The notes below the pieces were generated by a model. That model did no database searches. It worked only from the letters and a program-made list of their open reading frames with translations, and was not told where the DNA came from. From assembly GCA_048594485.1 (NCBI GenBank), contig JBMDXU010000015.1:2660-66659 (forward strand): 64,000 nt of DNA. The letters run 5' to 3'. Both the position numbers and the translations under genes were made by a program. Source of the DNA: Pseudactinotalea sp. (lineage in GTDB: Bacteria; Actinomycetota; Actinomycetes; Actinomycetales; Beutenbergiaceae). Positions 44,550 through 54,621 of this stretch are shown here, piece after piece (position 1 is the first letter of the stretch; the number at the start of each line of letters is the position of its first letter).

Positions 44550-45817
44550 CCGATGTCGAGGCCGCAGCGGAGGAACACCCGCTGCAACCGCTGCTCGCGC
44601 CTGCCGACGGCGTCCCCGACGTCGTCGGCACGCCCGAGGCGCTCGCCGAGGTGGTGCGGGCCATGTCGTCCGGGACCGGGCCGGTCGCCGTCGACGCCGA
44701 GCGCGCCTCCGGCTTCCGCTACGGCCAGCGCGCCTACCTCGTGCAGCTCCGACGTGAGGGGGCCGGCACCGCTCTCATCGACCCGATCCCGCTGGGCAGC
44801 CTCGGCGCGCTGTCCTCGGCGCTCGACGGCGTCGAGTGGGTCCTGCACGCCGCGAACCAGGACCTGCCGTGCCTGGCCGAGATCGACATGGCTCCGAGCT
44901 CGCTCTTCGACACCGAGCTCGCCGGTCGTCTGCTGGGTCTGGAGCGGGTGGGGCTCGGCCCCATCGTCGAGGCGGAGCTCGGGCTGAGCCTGGCGAAGGA
45001 GCACTCGGCCGCCGACTGGTCCACCCGCCCGCTTCCCGAGGCGTGGCTGCGGTACGCCGCCCTCGACGTCGAGGTCCTCGTGGAGCTGCGCGACGTGCTC
45101 GAGGCCAAGCTCGACGCCGCGGGCAAGCTCGAGTGGGCACGGCAGGAGTTCGAGGCCGTGCGCCTCGCGCCGCCACCGGCCCCCAAGCCCGAGGCGTGGC
45201 GTCGGGGCGCGCACGTGATCCGCGACCAGCGCGGTCTCGCCGTCGTGCACGAGCTCTGGAAGGTCCGCGAGGAGGTGGCGCGCAAGGCCGACATCGCACC
45301 GGGTCGGATCCTGTCGGTCGACGCCATGGTCGCCGCAGGCCGCGTCAAGCCACGCACGATGGAGCAGCTCGCCGGGATGCGCGAGTTCAAGAACCGTGGC
45401 GCCGCTCGCCGGCTGCGCACCTGGTCGGAGACCATCAGCCGGGCGCTCGCCCTGCCGGAGAGCGCACTGCCGCCGCGGCGACCGCCCACGCCGCCCGGCA
45501 CCATCCCCGCGCCGCGCTCGTGGCGCGAGCGCGACCCGGAGGCGGCCGCCCGCCTGGAGATCGTCAAGGCCGTGGTGCGCGCCCGTGCGGACGAGGTCTC
45601 GCTCCCCCAGGAGAACCTGCTGACCCCGGAGTTCCAGCGCCGACTCGCCTGGTCGCCGCCGTCGCCCGCCGACGAGCACGGCATCGGCGACCTGCTGCTC
45701 GAGCTGGGTGCGCGCCCGTGGCAGGTGGAGCAGGTCGCGGGCAGGATCGCCGCCGGCTTCGCCGACCCGTCCTCCGTCCCGCAGCCGGACACGGTAGGCT
45801 CCGACTCAGATACCTAG
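44546..45817 (+). CDS. rnd: Ribonuclease D (DEDD 3'-5' exonuclease + HRDC)
   Basis: ATG 44546 overlaps the DUF3000 stop (ATGA). VAVDAERASGFRYGQRAYLVQL, HAANQDLPCL and YAALDVEVLVELRD are present, followed by an HRDC region. Confidence 0.9.
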   Translation: MTDVEAAAEEHPLQPLLAPADGVPDVVGTPEALAEVVRAMSSGTGPVAVDAERASGFRYGQRAYLVQLRREGAGTALIDPIPLGSLGALSSALDGVEWVLHAANQDLPCLAEIDMAPSSLFDTELAGRLLGLERVGLGPIVEAELGLSLAKEHSAADWSTRPLPEAWLRYAALDVEVLVELRDVLEAKLDAAGKLEWARQEFEAVRLAPPPAPKPEAWRRGAHVIRDQRGLAVVHELWKVREEVARKADIAPGRILSVDAMVAAGRVKPRTMEQLAGMREFKNRGAARRLRTWSETISRALALPESALPPRRPPTPPGTIPAPRSWRERDPEAAARLEIVKAVVRARADEVSLPQENLLTPEFQRRLAWSPPSPADEHGIGDLLLELGARPWQVEQVAGRIAAGFADPSSVPQPDTVGSDSDT

Positions 45818-45829
45818 TACCGCCGGTAC
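45817..45829. promoter_or_regulatory. Perfect 13-bp palindrome GTACCG-C-CGGTAC upstream of fadA, a candidate operator
   Basis: Read directly from the sequence. It overlaps the last base of the rnd stop codon and lies 46 nt upstream of the fadA ATG. Confidence 0.35.
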
Positions 45830-45874
45830 CACGATCAACGGGTCGAGGTCGCCGCGGGGAACCTGGAGGCGGCG

Positions 45875-47083
45875 ATGCCCATGCTCGGTCGTGACGTAGT
45901 CCTGGTCGACGCGGTCCGGTCACCTTTCGGCCGCGCCCGTCCCGACGGCCTGTACGCCCACACCCGGGCCGACGACATCGCCGTCGCCGTGGTGCGCGAC
46001 CTGCTCCGCCGCAACCCCGACGTCCCGCCCGAGAGGATCGGCGACGTCGGGATCGCGGCGACGTCGCAGGTGGGCGACCAGGGGCTGACGCTCGGCCGCA
46101 CGGTGGGGATGCTTGCCGGGCTACCCCGCCAGGTGCCCGGGTTTGCCATCGACCGCATGTGCGCGGGGGCGATGACGGCGACGACGCTGCTCGCGGGCCA
46201 GATCGCCGTCGGCGCCGTCGACGCCGTGATCAGCGGCGGCGTCGAGCACATGGGCGCCCACCCTCTCGGCAAGGGCATGGAGCCCAACCCGCGGTTCATC
46301 TCCGAGCGGCTGGTGTCCTCGGACGCCCTCGTCATGGGCGCGACCGCCGAGAACCTCCACGACCGCTTCCCGGCGCTGACGAAGGAGCGCGCCGACGCCT
46401 TCGGCGCGGCGTCCCAGGCGAAGTACACCGCGGCGCTCGCCGCGGGTCACATCACGCCGGACCTGGTCCCGATCGCCGTCAACGACCCCGAACGAGGCTG
46501 GGGGCTGGCGACGGCGGACGAGCCGCCCCGCCCGGGCACGACCGTCGAGGGCATGGCCGGGTTGCCGACGCCGTTCCGCGCGGGGGGCCGCGTGACCGCG
46601 GCGACCTCGTCGCCCCTGACCGACGGCGCGACGGCGGCGCTGCTCACCAGCGCCGACCTCGCCGCCGAGCTGGGCGTCGCACCGAAGCTCCGGCTCGTGT
46701 CGTACGCGTACGCCGGTGTCGAGCCGGAGGTCATGGGGATCGGACCGGTCCCGGCGACCGAGCGCGCTCTGCAGATCGCGGGGCTGAGCATCGACGACAT
46801 CGGCCTGTTCGAGCTCAACGAGGCGTTCGCCGTCCAGGTGCTGTCCTTCCTGGACGCGTTCGACATCGCCGACGACGATCCTCGGGTCAACCCGTACGGC
46901 GGCGCGATCGCCCTCGGTCACCCGCTGGCGGCGTCGGGCGTCCGCCTCATGCTGCAGCTGGCCCGGCAGTTCGAGCAGCAGCCGGAGGTCCGCTACGGCC
47001 TCACCGCGATGTGCGTCGGCCTCGGCCAGGGTGGCGCCGTCGTCTGGGAGAACCCGCACTACTCGAACGGAGCACAGCAGTGA
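45875..47083 (+). CDS. fadA: Acetyl-CoA C-acyltransferase (3-ketoacyl-CoA thiolase)
   Basis: 402 aa with GGAGG upstream. Active-site Cys segment IDRMCAGAMTA, with NPYGGAIALGHPLAASG and AMCVGLGQGGA at the C-terminus. Confidence 0.92.
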   Translation: MPMLGRDVVLVDAVRSPFGRARPDGLYAHTRADDIAVAVVRDLLRRNPDVPPERIGDVGIAATSQVGDQGLTLGRTVGMLAGLPRQVPGFAIDRMCAGAMTATTLLAGQIAVGAVDAVISGGVEHMGAHPLGKGMEPNPRFISERLVSSDALVMGATAENLHDRFPALTKERADAFGAASQAKYTAALAAGHITPDLVPIAVNDPERGWGLATADEPPRPGTTVEGMAGLPTPFRAGGRVTAATSSPLTDGATAALLTSADLAAELGVAPKLRLVSYAYAGVEPEVMGIGPVPATERALQIAGLSIDDIGLFELNEAFAVQVLSFLDAFDIADDDPRVNPYGGAIALGHPLAASGVRLMLQLARQFEQQPEVRYGLTAMCVGLGQGGAVVWENPHYSNGAQQ

Positions 47084-49134
47084 GCGAGCGCGTCACCCAC
47101 GCCCTGGTCCGCGACGTCGACCTGACGCCGTTCAGCGGCGGCGACCGGCCGCTGACGCTCGGGCTGATCACGCTCGACAACGGCGAGGACTTCAGCAAGC
47201 CCAACACGCTCGGCCCGGAGGGGATGGCCGAGCTGGCCGCCGCCATCGAGGGTCTGCTCGCGCGCGCCGGCGCCGGGCAGATCCACGCGATCGGCGTCAC
47301 CGGCAAGCCCTACCACTTCGCCGCGGGCGCCGATCTGCACGGCGCGGCCGCGATCAGGACCACCGACGACGCGCTCCGGATCGCCCGCCAGGGGCACGAC
47401 ACCTACCGGCGGCTCCTCGACGCCGACGTGCCCACCTTCGCGTTCGTCAGCGGCGTCGCGCTCGGTGGCGGCATGGAGCTCGCGCTGTCGTGCGACTACC
47501 GGACCGTGATCGGCTCGGTCCGCAACCTCGGGCTGCCCGAGGTCGCGCTCGGCCTGATCCCCGGGTGGGGCGGCACCTTCCTGCTCCCCGGCGTCATCGG
47601 CATCGAGAAGGCGCTCGAGGTGATCGTCGCGAACCCGCTGCGCAACAACAAGCAGCTCACCGGTCCGCAGGCCGCCGACCTCGGGATCATGGACGTCGTG
47701 CTCGAGCCGGCGGACTTCCTCGCCGAGTCGCTGCGGTGGGCGACGTCGGTGCTCACCGGCGAGACCACGCTCGAGCGCCCCGACCCGGTGCCCGCCGCGC
47801 AGTGGGCGGCCACGGTCGACGCCGCTCGCGGTCAGGTCGACGCGCGTCTCCACGGCGCCGCGCCTGCCGCCTACGAGGCGCTCGACCTGCTCGCGCTCTC
47901 GGCGCAGCGGGACCGCGAGGCGTCGTTCGCCGCCGAGGACGAGGCGCTGGCCCGGTTGCTGGTCTCGCCCGAGTTCAAGGCCAGCATGCACGCGTTCGAC
48001 CTCACGACGCGGCGCGCCAAGCGGCCCGTCGGCGCTCCCCCGGCGGACCAGGCTCGCCCGGTCCGCTCGGTCGGGATCGCGGGGGCCGGGCTGATGGCGA
48101 GCCAGCTGGCGCTGCTGTTCGCCCGCCGCATGAAGGTGCCGGTCGTCATGCGCGACCTGGACGACGAGCGCGCGCAGCGCGGGCTCGGCTTCGTCGCGGC
48201 GGAGGTCGACAAGCTGCGCGGCCAGGGCCGGATCGGCGACGACGAGGCGAACCGCATCATCGGGCTCGTCGGCGCGACGACCGACCTCGCCGATCTTGCG
48301 GACCGCGACCTCGTCGTCGAGGCCGTCTTCGAGGAGCTCGACGTCAAGAAGGCGGTGTTCGCCGAGCTCGAGAAGGTCATCTCGCCCGAGACGATCCTGG
48401 CCACGAACACCTCCGCGCTGTCGGTGACCGCGATGGCGGCCGACCTGCAGCATCCGGAGCGTGTGGTCGGGCTGCACTTCTTCAACCCGGTCGCGCAGAT
48501 GCCGCTGGTCGAGGTGGTGCGCGCCGAGCGGACCGACGACGCCGCCTACGCGACCGCGTTCGCCGTCGCCAAGGCCTGCGGCAAGTCCGCGATCGCCGTC
48601 GCCGACCGGCCGGGGTTCGTCGTCAACCGGCTGTTGGTGCGCCTCCTCGGGGAGGTGCTCGGCTCGCTGGAGGACGGCACCGACGTGGCGACCGCCGACG
48701 TCGCGCTGCGCCCGCTCGGACTGCCGATGGGACCGTTCCAGCTGCTGCAGCTGGTCGGCCCCGCCCACGCCGAGCACGTGCTCGACACCCTGCGCGAGAA
48801 CCTCGGCGACCGCTACCCGACCTCGCCCGGGCTGCGCCGGATGGTCGAGGAGAACGTGCCGTTCGTGACCTTCGAAGGTCGTCCGACGGCGGCCTCGCCG
48901 GTCGATCCGGCGATCGGCGCCTACTTCGGGTCGCGCGGCGGCAACGGCCAGAGCGCGGACGAGCTGCTCGCCCGCGTGCGCGACGCGCTCGCGCAGGAGG
49001 TCACGCTGATGATGGAGGACGGTGTCGTCTCGGACACCGCCGACATCGACCTCGGCATGATCCTCGGCGCGGGCTGGCCGTTCCACCTCGGTGGCATCAC
49101 GCCGTACCTGCAGCGGACGGGCGCCCTGACCTGA
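47080..49134 (+). CDS. fadB: Multifunctional fatty-acid oxidation protein (enoyl-CoA hydratase + 3-hydroxyacyl-CoA dehydrogenase)
   Basis: GTG 47080 overlaps the fadA stop (GTGA). It has an N-terminal crotonase fold (FAAGADL...GGGMELALSCD) and an NAD Rossmann motif VGIAGAGLMASQLA with 3HCDH C-domains. Confidence 0.9.
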   Translation: MSERVTHALVRDVDLTPFSGGDRPLTLGLITLDNGEDFSKPNTLGPEGMAELAAAIEGLLARAGAGQIHAIGVTGKPYHFAAGADLHGAAAIRTTDDALRIARQGHDTYRRLLDADVPTFAFVSGVALGGGMELALSCDYRTVIGSVRNLGLPEVALGLIPGWGGTFLLPGVIGIEKALEVIVANPLRNNKQLTGPQAADLGIMDVVLEPADFLAESLRWATSVLTGETTLERPDPVPAAQWAATVDAARGQVDARLHGAAPAAYEALDLLALSAQRDREASFAAEDEALARLLVSPEFKASMHAFDLTTRRAKRPVGAPPADQARPVRSVGIAGAGLMASQLALLFARRMKVPVVMRDLDDERAQRGLGFVAAEVDKLRGQGRIGDDEANRIIGLVGATTDLADLADRDLVVEAVFEELDVKKAVFAELEKVISPETILATNTSALSVTAMAADLQHPERVVGLHFFNPVAQMPLVEVVRAERTDDAAYATAFAVAKACGKSAIAVADRPGFVVNRLLVRLLGEVLGSLEDGTDVATADVALRPLGLPMGPFQLLQLVGPAHAEHVLDTLRENLGDRYPTSPGLRRMVEENVPFVTFEGRPTAASPVDPAIGAYFGSRGGNGQSADELLARVRDALAQEVTLMMEDGVVSDTADIDLGMILGAGWPFHLGGITPYLQRTGALT

Positions 49135-49156
49135 GCGCCGATTCGTCAACGAGATC

Positions 49157-50422
49157 TCAGGGGACGGCTCGGATGCGGGAGACCAGCACGCCTCCGAGCA
49201 CGCTGACCGCGGCGGACAGGGCGTAGAGGGCGGCGTAGCCGCCCTGCGCCGTCGCGAACCCCGCGATCAGCGGGGCGGCGAGGAACGGCGCCACGACCTG
49301 CGGGAGCGCGGCGGCGATGTTGATGACGCCGAGGTCGCGGGCGGCGTCGCCGGAGGACGGCAGCACCTGGGTGACGAGCGCGAAGTCGACCGAGAGGAAC
49401 ACGCCGTAGGCGATGCCGAACACGGCGGCCCCGACGATCGCGCCCGGCCAGGTCTGCGAGACGGCGAGGATCCCCGCACCGACCCCGGACAGCACGGCCG
49501 AGAGCGCGACGAACGGCTTGCGCCGACCGACCCGGTCCGACCAGTGGCCCGAGACCACCGCGGTCGCGAGCACGCAGACCGCGTACACGGCGACGAGCAC
49601 GAGCACGCCGGTCTCGGGATCGGGCATCCCCACCGCGTCCTGCAGGTAGTAGAGCAGCAGCAGCGTCCCGAGCGCGTTGCCCAGGTTGACCAGCCAGCGC
49701 GTCAGCCACGCCCAGCCGAAGTCCGGGTAGCGGCGCGGCGACACCCAGAACCGGCGCACGAAGGCGCCGAGCCGGAACGGCGCGACGTCGCCGACGAGCC
49801 GCAGGTCGCGCGAGCGCAGCAGGTACGGGATCACCAGCGCGAGCGCCAGCCCCGCGCACGCGAGGTAGCCGGCGGTGATGCCACCGGCGATGACCGCGAC
49901 GGCGGTGCCGAGCACGAGACCGAGCGTCTGGGCCATCCCGAGCATCCCGCCGACGACGCCACGCCGGCCGATGGGGACCTGATCGGGGACGGCGGCGGTC
50001 ACCGCTGCGTAGAGCGCGTTCAGCCCCAGCTGGGTCAGCACCCAGAACACCGCCATCGTGGCCACCGAGCCGGCGAACGCCATGCCCGCGAGCCCGCCCG
50101 CCCCGAGCAGCGCACCGCCGAGCACCCACGGCCAGCGGCGCCCGTACCGGCTCCGGGTGCGATCCGAGAGCGCGCCCGCGAGCGGGTTGCCGATGGTCGA
50201 GGCCAGGGCTCCGGCGGCGGTCACCAGCCCCACGACGTACTCCTTCGCGTCCGGGGCGAGCGCCTGCGCCTGCAGCGCGATCAGCACCTGCAGCGGGCCG
50301 TAGAACCCGCAGTAGACGGCGAGGTTCGACAACGTCAGCCGCGCGACCCACGAGCGCGACGGATCGACCTGGGGCGTGTGCTCGACTCCCGCGGTGATCT
50401 CCGCCGCCGCCGTCAGTGCCAT
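49157..50422 (-). CDS. MFS transporter
   Basis: 421 aa, about 12 hydrophobic helices, with a GALSDRTRSRYGRRWPW loop (MFS motif A-like). Confidence 0.85.
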   Translation of the reverse strand: MALTAAAEITAGVEHTPQVDPSRSWVARLTLSNLAVYCGFYGPLQVLIALQAQALAPDAKEYVVGLVTAAGALASTIGNPLAGALSDRTRSRYGRRWPWVLGGALLGAGGLAGMAFAGSVATMAVFWVLTQLGLNALYAAVTAAVPDQVPIGRRGVVGGMLGMAQTLGLVLGTAVAVIAGGITAGYLACAGLALALVIPYLLRSRDLRLVGDVAPFRLGAFVRRFWVSPRRYPDFGWAWLTRWLVNLGNALGTLLLLYYLQDAVGMPDPETGVLVLVAVYAVCVLATAVVSGHWSDRVGRRKPFVALSAVLSGVGAGILAVSQTWPGAIVGAAVFGIAYGVFLSVDFALVTQVLPSSGDAARDLGVINIAAALPQVVAPFLAAPLIAGFATAQGGYAALYALSAAVSVLGGVLVSRIRAVP

Positions 50423-50456
50423 GACGAGAATCTAGTGGCGCGGGTGACGACGACGG

Positions 50457-52349
50457 TCAGGGCGCGGAGTCGACCTTCGCGGCGATCGTTGCGGCTGCGT
50501 CGCGGGCGACGTCGGCGGCGCGGAGGCCGAGGTCCTCGACGATCTCGTTCCGCGAGGAGTGCTCGAGGAAGCGGGTCGGGATCCCGTGACTGCGGACCTG
50601 CACGTCGATGGCGGCGTCGACGAGCGCGCCGCGCAGGGCGTCACCGATCCCGTTCTCGACGAGGCCGTCCTCGATCGTCACGACGAGGTCGAACCCGCGA
50701 GCCATCTCCACGAGCTCGGTGGGCACGGGCAGCACCCACCGCGGGTCGACCACGACGCTCCCGACACCCTGGTCCGCCAGCCGTTGACCGACCTCGAGCG
50801 CCGTCGGCACGAACGCGCCGACCCCGACCACGAGGACGCGCGCATCGCCGTCGCCGGCCGTGCGGGCGAGGACGTCGACGACCCCGGACCGGGCGATCGC
50901 CGGCATCGGGTCGGGCAGCGCCGACTTCGGGTAGCGGATCACGGTGGGCGCGTCGCTCACGGCGACGGCCTCCCGCAGCGCCTGCCGCAGCGTCGGCTCG
51001 TCGCGCGGTGTCGCGAGCCGCAGACCGGGCACGAGACGCAGCAGCGCCATGTCCCACATGCCGTTGTGCGAGGCGCCGTCGTCGCCGGTGATGCCGGCAC
51101 GATCGAGCACGATCGTGACACCCGCCTTGTGCAGAGCCACGTCCATGAGGAGCTGGTCGAACGCCCGGTTGAGAAACGTCGCGTAGAGGGCGATGACCGG
51201 GTGCAGCCCCGCGAACGCCATCCCGGCGGACGCCGTCAGCGCGTGCTGCTCGGCGATGCCGACGTCGAACACCCGGTCGGGCATCTCCTCGGCCATGGGC
51301 GCGAGGCCGACCGGCGCGAGCATCGCGGCCGTCACCCCGACGACGTCGGACCGGGATCGCGCGATGTCGCGGATCTCCTCGGCGAACACCGCGGTCCAAC
51401 CGAAGCGGGAGGGCACGACCGGGAGGCCGGTCTCGGGGTGGATCACGCCGACGGCGTGGAACCGGTCGGCCACGTCGGTCTCGGCGGGCACGTAGCCGCG
51501 GCCCTTCTCGGTGATGACGTGGACGATCACCGGGCCGCCGAACGCACGGGCGCTGCGCAGCGCCGACTCGACGGCGAGCACGTCGTGCCCGTCCACCGGA
51601 CCCACGTACTTGATGCCGAGGCCCTCGAACATCCCCTGCGGACGCAGCATGTCGCGCAGGCCGGCCTTGACCCCGTGGAGAGCCTCGTAGGTGAGGTTGC
51701 CCGGAGCGCCGGCCCCCTTGAGCGTGCGCTTGCCCCAGCCGAGCACCTTCTCGTACGGCCGCGAGGTCCTCAGCACGTCGAGCTGGCGGGCGAGGCCGCC
51801 GATGGTCGGGGCGTAGGAGCGGCCGTTGTCGTTGACGACGACGACGAGCCGTCGGTCCGGCGCGTCGGCGACGTTGTTGAGCGCCTCCCAGGCCATGCCG
51901 CCGGTGAGCGCGCCGTCACCGATCACCGCGACTGCGGTCCGATCGGCGCGGCCAGTGAGGTGGTTGGCCCGGGCGATGCCGTCGGCCCACGAGATCGCGG
52001 TCGACGCGTGCGAGTTCTCGACGATGTCGTGGTCGGACTCGGCGCGGCTCGGGTAGCCGGAGACACCGCCACGGCGCCGCAACCGCGCGAAGTCGGTGCG
52101 CCCGGTGAGGATCTTGTGCACGTAGGACTGGTGCCCGGTGTCGAACACGATCGAGTCCTGCGGCGAGCTGAAGACGCGGTGCAGGGCGATGGACAGCTCG
52201 ACCACGCCGAGGTTCGGACCGAGGTGCCCGCCGGTCTGAGAGACGGAGCTGACCAGGAACTCGCGGATCTCCGCCGCCAGTCGTTCCAGCCGTGCGGGAC
52301 CGAAGCGCCGCAGCTCCTCGATCGAGGTCAACTTGTCGAGCTCGCCCAT
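50457..52349 (-). CDS. dxs: 1-deoxy-D-xylulose-5-phosphate synthase
   Basis: Track ORF trimmed to ATG 52349 (MGELDKLTSIEELRRF...), preceded by GAGGAGG. GGHLGPNLGVVELSIALH, the TPP motif IGDGALTGGMAWEALNN, and transketolase pyrimidine-binding and C-terminal domains are present. Confidence 0.95.
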   Translation of the reverse strand: MGELDKLTSIEELRRFGPARLERLAAEIREFLVSSVSQTGGHLGPNLGVVELSIALHRVFSSPQDSIVFDTGHQSYVHKILTGRTDFARLRRRGGVSGYPSRAESDHDIVENSHASTAISWADGIARANHLTGRADRTAVAVIGDGALTGGMAWEALNNVADAPDRRLVVVVNDNGRSYAPTIGGLARQLDVLRTSRPYEKVLGWGKRTLKGAGAPGNLTYEALHGVKAGLRDMLRPQGMFEGLGIKYVGPVDGHDVLAVESALRSARAFGGPVIVHVITEKGRGYVPAETDVADRFHAVGVIHPETGLPVVPSRFGWTAVFAEEIRDIARSRSDVVGVTAAMLAPVGLAPMAEEMPDRVFDVGIAEQHALTASAGMAFAGLHPVIALYATFLNRAFDQLLMDVALHKAGVTIVLDRAGITGDDGASHNGMWDMALLRLVPGLRLATPRDEPTLRQALREAVAVSDAPTVIRYPKSALPDPMPAIARSGVVDVLARTAGDGDARVLVVGVGAFVPTALEVGQRLADQGVGSVVVDPRWVLPVPTELVEMARGFDLVVTIEDGLVENGIGDALRGALVDAAIDVQVRSHGIPTRFLEHSSRNEIVEDLGLRAADVARDAAATIAAKVDSAP

Positions 52350-52469
52350 GCCCTCGTACCTCCTCGGCGAGACGTCACCCCCTCGCCGGGCGTGTCCTGC
52401 CATGGTACGGCCGCGTCGTGGATCGCCCGTGCAGCGCCGGCGCGGGATCTGTGCCCGTGGGGCGCAGGA

Positions 52470-54485
52470 TCAGCTCTCGACGGCGACCGGTGCGTCGGTC
52501 GTGATGCTCGCCACGCCGTCGGTCACGGCGACCGTGAGCTCGTCGGCCCCGAGGCGCAGGCCGTCGACGCGGAGATCGACGGCACCCCAGGGACGGAGCC
52601 GCACCGACCCGCCGGGGACGTCGGGCACGATCCCGAGGGCGGCGGCGAGCAGCGCGACGGCGGAGGTCGCCGTCCACGCCTGCGGTCGGCACGCCGCCGG
52701 GTACGGCGCCGGCACCGCGGCCTCGTCGCGCCGGTCGCCCGCGAACAGCTCCGGCAGGCGGTAACCGAACCCCGGCGCGGCGACCAGCAGCTGCTCGGCG
52801 AGCGCGCGGGCGTGCTCGGTGAGGCCGGCGCGGACGAGCCCGGTGACGGCGATCGCGGTGTCGTGGGGCCAGACCGCACCACCGTGGTAGCGCAGGGGCC
52901 AGAAGCCTGCCGAGCCGTGAGCCAGCGTGTGGAGGCCGAACCCGGACGACAGCCGCGGCGACAGCAGTCGGTCGGCGACGACACGCTCCTCGTCGGCGTC
53001 GAGCAGCCCGGTCCCGAGCAGGTGACCGATGTTGGAGGTGAGCGAGTCGACGGGTCGCTTCTCGCCGTCGAGAGCGATGGCCGGGTAGCGGCCGTCGTCG
53101 TCGGCCACCCAGAAGGCGGCGCGGAACCGCTCCCGCATGGCCGACGCCCAGTCGCGCCAGTGGGACGCCCCGGGCCTCCCGAACGCCTCCAGCAGCGCGG
53201 CGCCGGACACCGCCGCCTCGTGCGCGTACCCCTGCACCTCGCAGAGCGCGATCGTGCCCTCGGCGAGCGAGCCGTCGCGCCACCGGATCGAGTCGCCCGA
53301 GTCCTTCCAGCCCTGGTTGGCCAGGCCGCGACCGCTGGCGTCGATGTACTCGAGGAAGCCGTCGCCGTCGGCGTCACCCGACGACCCCATCCACGCCAGC
53401 GCGCGCTCCAGGTGCGGCAGCAGCGCCTCGACGTCCGCCGCAGGCATCCCCCACCGCCACGCGTCGTGCAGGAGGCAGACCCACAGCGGGGTCGCGTCGA
53501 TCGTGCCGTAGTAGACGGGCGGCAGCTGGGTGCCGTCACCGAGCGCCAGGGTCCCGCGACGCACCTCGTGCAGGATCTTGCCGGGCTGCTCGGCCGTGTC
53601 GACGTCGTCGCGGACGCCCTGTCGCGCCGCCAGCGTGCGCAGCGTCCCGCGGGCGAGGTCGGTGCCGAGCGGCAGCATCATCCGAGCGGCCCAGATGGAG
53701 TCGCGGCCGAACAGCGTGAAGAACCAGGGCGAGCCCGCGGCGAGGAAGGGCTCCTCGGGGGTGTCCACGGCCGCCATCGTGAGGCCGGCGAGATCCTGCA
53801 GGCTCTGCGTCAGCAGCGCACGGAGCCGGTCGTCACCGCCGGTGACGACCGGGTCCGTCCAGACCGATCCGGGTGCGGCGACGACCGCACCCGCGCTGTC
53901 GCGGGCGACCAGGCGGTAACCGACGACGGCGGGTCGGTCGGCGCCGGCCGTCACCCGCCACGTCAGCACGGCGCCCTCGTCGTCCAGCGCGACGTCCGCC
54001 CCCGGTGCGCTCAGCTCGGCGGTCACGTCGTCGCCGCGCCAGTGGAGGACACCACCCTCGAGGCTCGGGGCCAGCAGTGGGAGCCCGGTGCGCCCCGCGC
54101 GCGCGTCGTCCATGAGCGCGAGGTCACCCGCCACCCGGAGCTCGACGGTCGTGCTCACCTCGTGCGACGAGCCGGAGGTGAGGGTGAACGTCTCCTCCAC
54201 GGTGCCCGGGGCAAGGGCTCGGGACCGGTCGATGCGCACGGTCGGGTCCGCCCCGTCGTCGCCGCGTCCCGGCACCAGCGCGCTGACGCGCACGCCTCCG
54301 GGTCCCGACGCGCCGGACGCGATCACCTCGGGCTCCGATCCCGCAACGGTGACCACCGCCTGGGCGAGGACACGGACATCGGCGTGGAAGACGCCGTCGA
54401 TCCCGGCATCACGCCGGATCTGGCCGTCCGGACCGGACCATGCCTGGGTGGGAGCGGCCACGACGACGAGTCGGTCGTGCAGCAT
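52470..54485 (-). CDS. Amylo-alpha-1,6-glucosidase-family / glycogen-debranching-enzyme N-terminal-domain protein (GDE_C-type (alpha/alpha)6 glycosidase), substrate unknown
   Basis: Track ORF 52470..54725, trimmed to ATG 54485 (alternative GTG 54500). N-terminal VVAAPTQAWSGPDGQI...GVFHADVRVL, then PWFFTLFGRDSIWAARMMLPLG, GKILHEVR and GWKDSGDSIRW, typical of bacterial and archaeal GDE_C proteins. There is no signal peptide. Confidence 0.8.
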   Translation of the reverse strand: MLHDRLVVVAAPTQAWSGPDGQIRRDAGIDGVFHADVRVLAQAVVTVAGSEPEVIASGASGPGGVRVSALVPGRGDDGADPTVRIDRSRALAPGTVEETFTLTSGSSHEVSTTVELRVAGDLALMDDARAGRTGLPLLAPSLEGGVLHWRGDDVTAELSAPGADVALDDEGAVLTWRVTAGADRPAVVGYRLVARDSAGAVVAAPGSVWTDPVVTGGDDRLRALLTQSLQDLAGLTMAAVDTPEEPFLAAGSPWFFTLFGRDSIWAARMMLPLGTDLARGTLRTLAARQGVRDDVDTAEQPGKILHEVRRGTLALGDGTQLPPVYYGTIDATPLWVCLLHDAWRWGMPAADVEALLPHLERALAWMGSSGDADGDGFLEYIDASGRGLANQGWKDSGDSIRWRDGSLAEGTIALCEVQGYAHEAAVSGAALLEAFGRPGASHWRDWASAMRERFRAAFWVADDDGRYPAIALDGEKRPVDSLTSNIGHLLGTGLLDADEERVVADRLLSPRLSSGFGLHTLAHGSAGFWPLRYHGGAVWPHDTAIAVTGLVRAGLTEHARALAEQLLVAAPGFGYRLPELFAGDRRDEAAVPAPYPAACRPQAWTATSAVALLAAALGIVPDVPGGSVRLRPWGAVDLRVDGLRLGADELTVAVTDGVASITTDAPVAVES

Positions 54486-54561
54486 CGGCTGTCGTGCCAC
54501 GGGGGCGGCCTCCGGTTCGGGGGTTGACAACGGTGTCTTCGCGGGCCACTGTAACGCCAGG

Positions 54562-54577
54562 TTTGGAGCGCTCAAAG
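54562..54577. promoter_or_regulatory. Imperfect 16-bp palindrome TTTGGAGC-GCTCAAAG (perfect 8-bp core GAGCGCTC), a candidate LacI-family operator
   Basis: It lies in the 136-bp divergent region between the GDE-like gene and lacI. The CG-centred palindrome fits the general LacI/GalR operator layout. Confidence 0.45.
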
Positions 54578-54621
54578 GGCGAGCGCCACCCCAGCAGGAC
54601 AGGCACCGCGAGGAGGCGGAG

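Noticed and set aside
50559-54527. 1322-aa plus-strand ORF, the longest in the track
   Set aside because: It lies entirely antisense to dxs and the GDE-like gene, both of which have clear family motifs. Its product is Arg/Gly/Asp/Val-rich low-complexity sequence, typical of GC-driven shadow ORFs.
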